Below, piece by piece: positions 61,924-64,000 of a stretch of 64,000 nt of DNA. Numbering within the stretch: the stretch's first letter is position 1; each line of letters begins with the position of its first letter. The translations under genes were made by a program, and so were the position numbers. The DNA comes from an uncultured Chitinophagaceae bacterium (lineage in GTDB: Bacteria; Bacteroidota; Ignavibacteria; UBA10030; UBA8401). The DNA is taken from the NCBI GenBank assembly GCA_964439265.1, contig CAYTOA010000001.1:133236-197235 (forward strand). Reading direction: 5' to 3'. Under the pieces are notes generated by a model. That model searched no databases and had not been told where the DNA came from. It worked only from the letters and a program-made list of their open reading frames with translations.

Positions 61924-63159
61924 ATGGATCAACTCCGCACGATCTTATCGGAATTTATTCTTGACCTGCGCATGCAAAAACTGCGCGTGTTCCTGACGGT
62001 ATTCGGCATCACCTGGGGAACAGTCGCTATCATCGTTCTCATCGCATTCGGGCTCGGTTTCAAAAAACAGCTCAGCACCAACATGCACGGCATCGGCGAA
62101 AGTATCTCCATCATGTTCCCCGGAAAAACGACGAAAGCGTACGAAGGGTTCGGTACCGGACGGCAAATTTCATTTGTGGAGGAAGATGCAAAGCTGGTCG
62201 CATCCCAGGTGCCGGGGGTTCGTGCGATCAGCCCGGAGTATATTAAATGGCGTGTGCCGGTACATGTCGGCGAAAATATTTTGAATCCCGCGATCACGGG
62301 GGTCTATCCCATCTATGCGGAAATGAGGAATATCATTCCCGAACCGGGGGGAAGATTCGTCGACGACCTCGATATGAAAGAGCGCAGAAGAGTAGTGCTG
62401 CTCGGCAACAAAGTGAAAGAATTTTTATTCGGCGAGACCGATGCAGTGGGAAGATTAATCTATGTCGCCGACGTCCCGTTTACGGTTATCGGCGTCATGC
62501 AGAAGAAGACGCAGAATTCTTCGTACCAGTCCCGGGACCAGGATCGGATTTTTATTCCAGCGTCGACCTACTCGTCGGTGTTCGGCGAGATCCATCTTAA
62601 GAATATGATCTTCCAGCCGAAAGATCCATCGAAAGCGGAGGAAGTGGACGACCAGGTGAGGGAGGTGCTTGGCAAACGATACCGGTTCGACCCGACCGAC
62701 CATGACGCCGTCTGGATCTGGGATACGAGCATGTTCGACAAGTTTCTTTTCTACTTTTTCCTTGCTTTCAACTTGTTCATGGGATTGATCGGGAGTTTCA
62801 CGCTGGCGGTCGGAGGTATCGGCGTTGCCAACATCATGTACATCGTCGTGCAGGAGAGGATAAAAGAGATCGGCATCAGGAGGGCGGTCGGCGCGAAGCG
62901 ATCGAATATTCTCTTTCAATTTTTTATGGAAACATTCTTCATCATCTCGATCGGTTCGTTTGCCGGCTTTGCGATCGCCTATGGCATCATACAGGCGATG
63001 CAGTTTATTCCCATCCAGGAATTTGTCGGAACACCGGTGCTCTCTCTGGAGGTGACGGCGGCTACCATTTTCGTCCTCTCCGTGATTGGCTTTACGGCAG
63101 GAGTTATGCCGGCGCGCCGCGCTGCGAACCTGGATGTTGTGGAATGCCTGAGAACCTGA
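61924..63159 (+). CDS. MacB-type ABC transporter permease (MacB_PCD + FtsX)
   Basis: 411 aa with an N-terminal TM helix (RVFLTVFGITWGTVAII), a periplasmic domain, and 3 C-terminal FtsX TM helices with EIGIRRAVGA. Confidence 0.9.
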   Translation: MDQLRTILSEFILDLRMQKLRVFLTVFGITWGTVAIIVLIAFGLGFKKQLSTNMHGIGESISIMFPGKTTKAYEGFGTGRQISFVEEDAKLVASQVPGVRAISPEYIKWRVPVHVGENILNPAITGVYPIYAEMRNIIPEPGGRFVDDLDMKERRRVVLLGNKVKEFLFGETDAVGRLIYVADVPFTVIGVMQKKTQNSSYQSRDQDRIFIPASTYSSVFGEIHLKNMIFQPKDPSKAEEVDDQVREVLGKRYRFDPTDHDAVWIWDTSMFDKFLFYFFLAFNLFMGLIGSFTLAVGGIGVANIMYIVVQERIKEIGIRRAVGAKRSNILFQFFMETFFIISIGSFAGFAIAYGIIQAMQFIPIQEFVGTPVLSLEVTAATIFVLSVIGFTAGVMPARRAANLDVVECLRT

Positions 63160-63183
63160 TTTCATGTTGTGAATGTTATTCGA

Positions 63184-63217
63184 CCCCACCCTTAGTCCCT
63201 CTCCTTGCAGGGGAGGG
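63184..63217 (-). repeat. Solo copy (D) of the GC-rich repeat seen around the DUF559 gene
   Basis: CCCCACCCTTAGTCCCTCTCCTTGCAGGGGAGGG matches the reverse complement of 13744-13773 (CCCTCACCCTTAGTCCCTCTCCTTTCGGGAG). Confidence 0.75.
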
Positions 63218-63298
63218 AAATTTTTCTCTGCCTTTTAGGAGGAGATTAAGAGGGGGTTGTGAGAAGTTGCGCCTTCTGGATTAAACGGAACCAAAAGT

Positions 63299-64000
63299 AT
63301 GTGGCTAGAACTTCTAAGGGAATTCTTTTACGACCTGAACGCGCATCGAACCCGCGCAATTCTCACCCTCGTTGCCATTACGTGGGGGACAATTGCGGTT
63401 GTCCTTCTCCTTTCCTTCGGTGAAGGATTGACGGACAGGCTGACGAACGGATTGGTCAACGCCGGCAATCGGATCATGATTGTTTACCCCGGCGAGACCG
63501 GCTTGACCTTTGAGGGACTGCCGAAAGGACGCCGCGTGCGCATGGTCGAGGAAGATGTCGATATGCTTCGCCAAACGATCCCCGCGATTGAAACGGCGAG
63601 TCCTCAATACCGCACCAATATGACGCTCACCTACAAAAAACTCTCGATGACGACGGAATGCGAAGGAGTGAATGCAGAGTTCGAAGAGATGCGGCGCATG
63701 TATCCGGCCGGGGGAGGGCGATTCCTGAACGCCCTTGATGTCGTTCAGGAGCGGAGGGTGATCTTTCTCGGGGCAAAGATCGCAAAAGATGTTTTCGGCG
63801 ACGAACAGCCCATCGGCAAGCTCCTGCTCGCGGACGGCGTTCCGTTTACCGTCGTGGGCATCATGCAGGAAAAACTTCAGACGTCCATGAATAACGGCCC
63901 GGACGACCGGCGTGCGATTATTCCGTATACCTCGTTTCGCACGATGTACGGAAACCTGTATGTAAATTCGATCGTAGTGCGTCCGAGCGATCCGGGAAAA
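63299..64000 (+). CDS. Second MacB-type ABC transporter permease, partial (continues beyond the right edge)
   Basis: Not in the ORF track because it runs off the window. My own translation is MWLELLREFFYDLNAHRTRAILTLVAITWGTIAVVLLLSFGEGL...GVPFTVVGIMQEK, paralogous to 61924-63159. Confidence 0.85.
   Translation, partial: MWLELLREFFYDLNAHRTRAILTLVAITWGTIAVVLLLSFGEGLTDRLTNGLVNAGNRIMIVYPGETGLTFEGLPKGRRVRMVEEDVDMLRQTIPAIETASPQYRTNMTLTYKKLSMTTECEGVNAEFEEMRRMYPAGGGRFLNALDVVQERRVIFLGAKIAKDVFGDEQPIGKLLLADGVPFTVVGIMQEKLQTSMNNGPDDRRAIIPYTSFRTMYGNLYVNSIVVRPSDPGK

Noticed and set aside
1-64000. CRISPR arrays, rRNA genes, transposases, integrases and prophage genes
   Set aside because: I scanned for regularly spaced 25-40-nt direct repeats, rRNA signatures and DDE or tyrosine-recombinase motifs in the ORF track and found none. 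The only repeats are the short hairpin families reported above.

Overview
64-kb chromosomal segment of a Gram-negative bacterium, about 50% G+C by eye. AAGGAG-type ribosome-binding sites are in use. Gene content suggests an Ignavibacteria-like or other Bacteroidota/Chlorobiota-group organism, but that is inference only. I support about 60 protein genes and one tRNA; there is no rRNA and no CRISPR array. Most genes are housekeeping: aroE, yggS-divIVA, a purine nucleoside phosphorylase gene, ileS, a dksA-like gene, lspA, rluD, mreBC, purHN, sodC, nuoABCDEF, class II nrdJ, hisBHAFI, serS, fbp, a trpB2-type gene, tRNA-Arg(TCG), a heterodimeric ABC exporter and a MacAB-like efflux locus. Five things are unusual. 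(1) Low-complexity hairpins or word tracts sit between co-directional core genes, and two four-helix-bundle (23S rRNA IVS protein / Avd-like) ORFs are flanked by inverted repeats of this kind; one ORF-less hairpin is about 88% identical to one of those flanking arms. (2) A DUF559 endonuclease gene between rluD and mreC is bracketed by inverted copies of a GC-rich nested-hairpin repeat, with a solo copy 49 kb away. (3) An AT-rich islet carries a DUF3883-type PD-(D/E)xK protein and a VapBC-like module. (4) An 8-kb phosphorelay cluster has three transmitter domains, six receiver or receiver-like domains, no DNA-binding output, and ends in an unrecognised Cys-motif protein. (5) There are candidate leader or ncRNA structures upstream of trpB2, nrdJ, hisB and tRNA-Arg. 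All coordinates of non-ORF elements were counted by hand and may be off by 1-2 nt.
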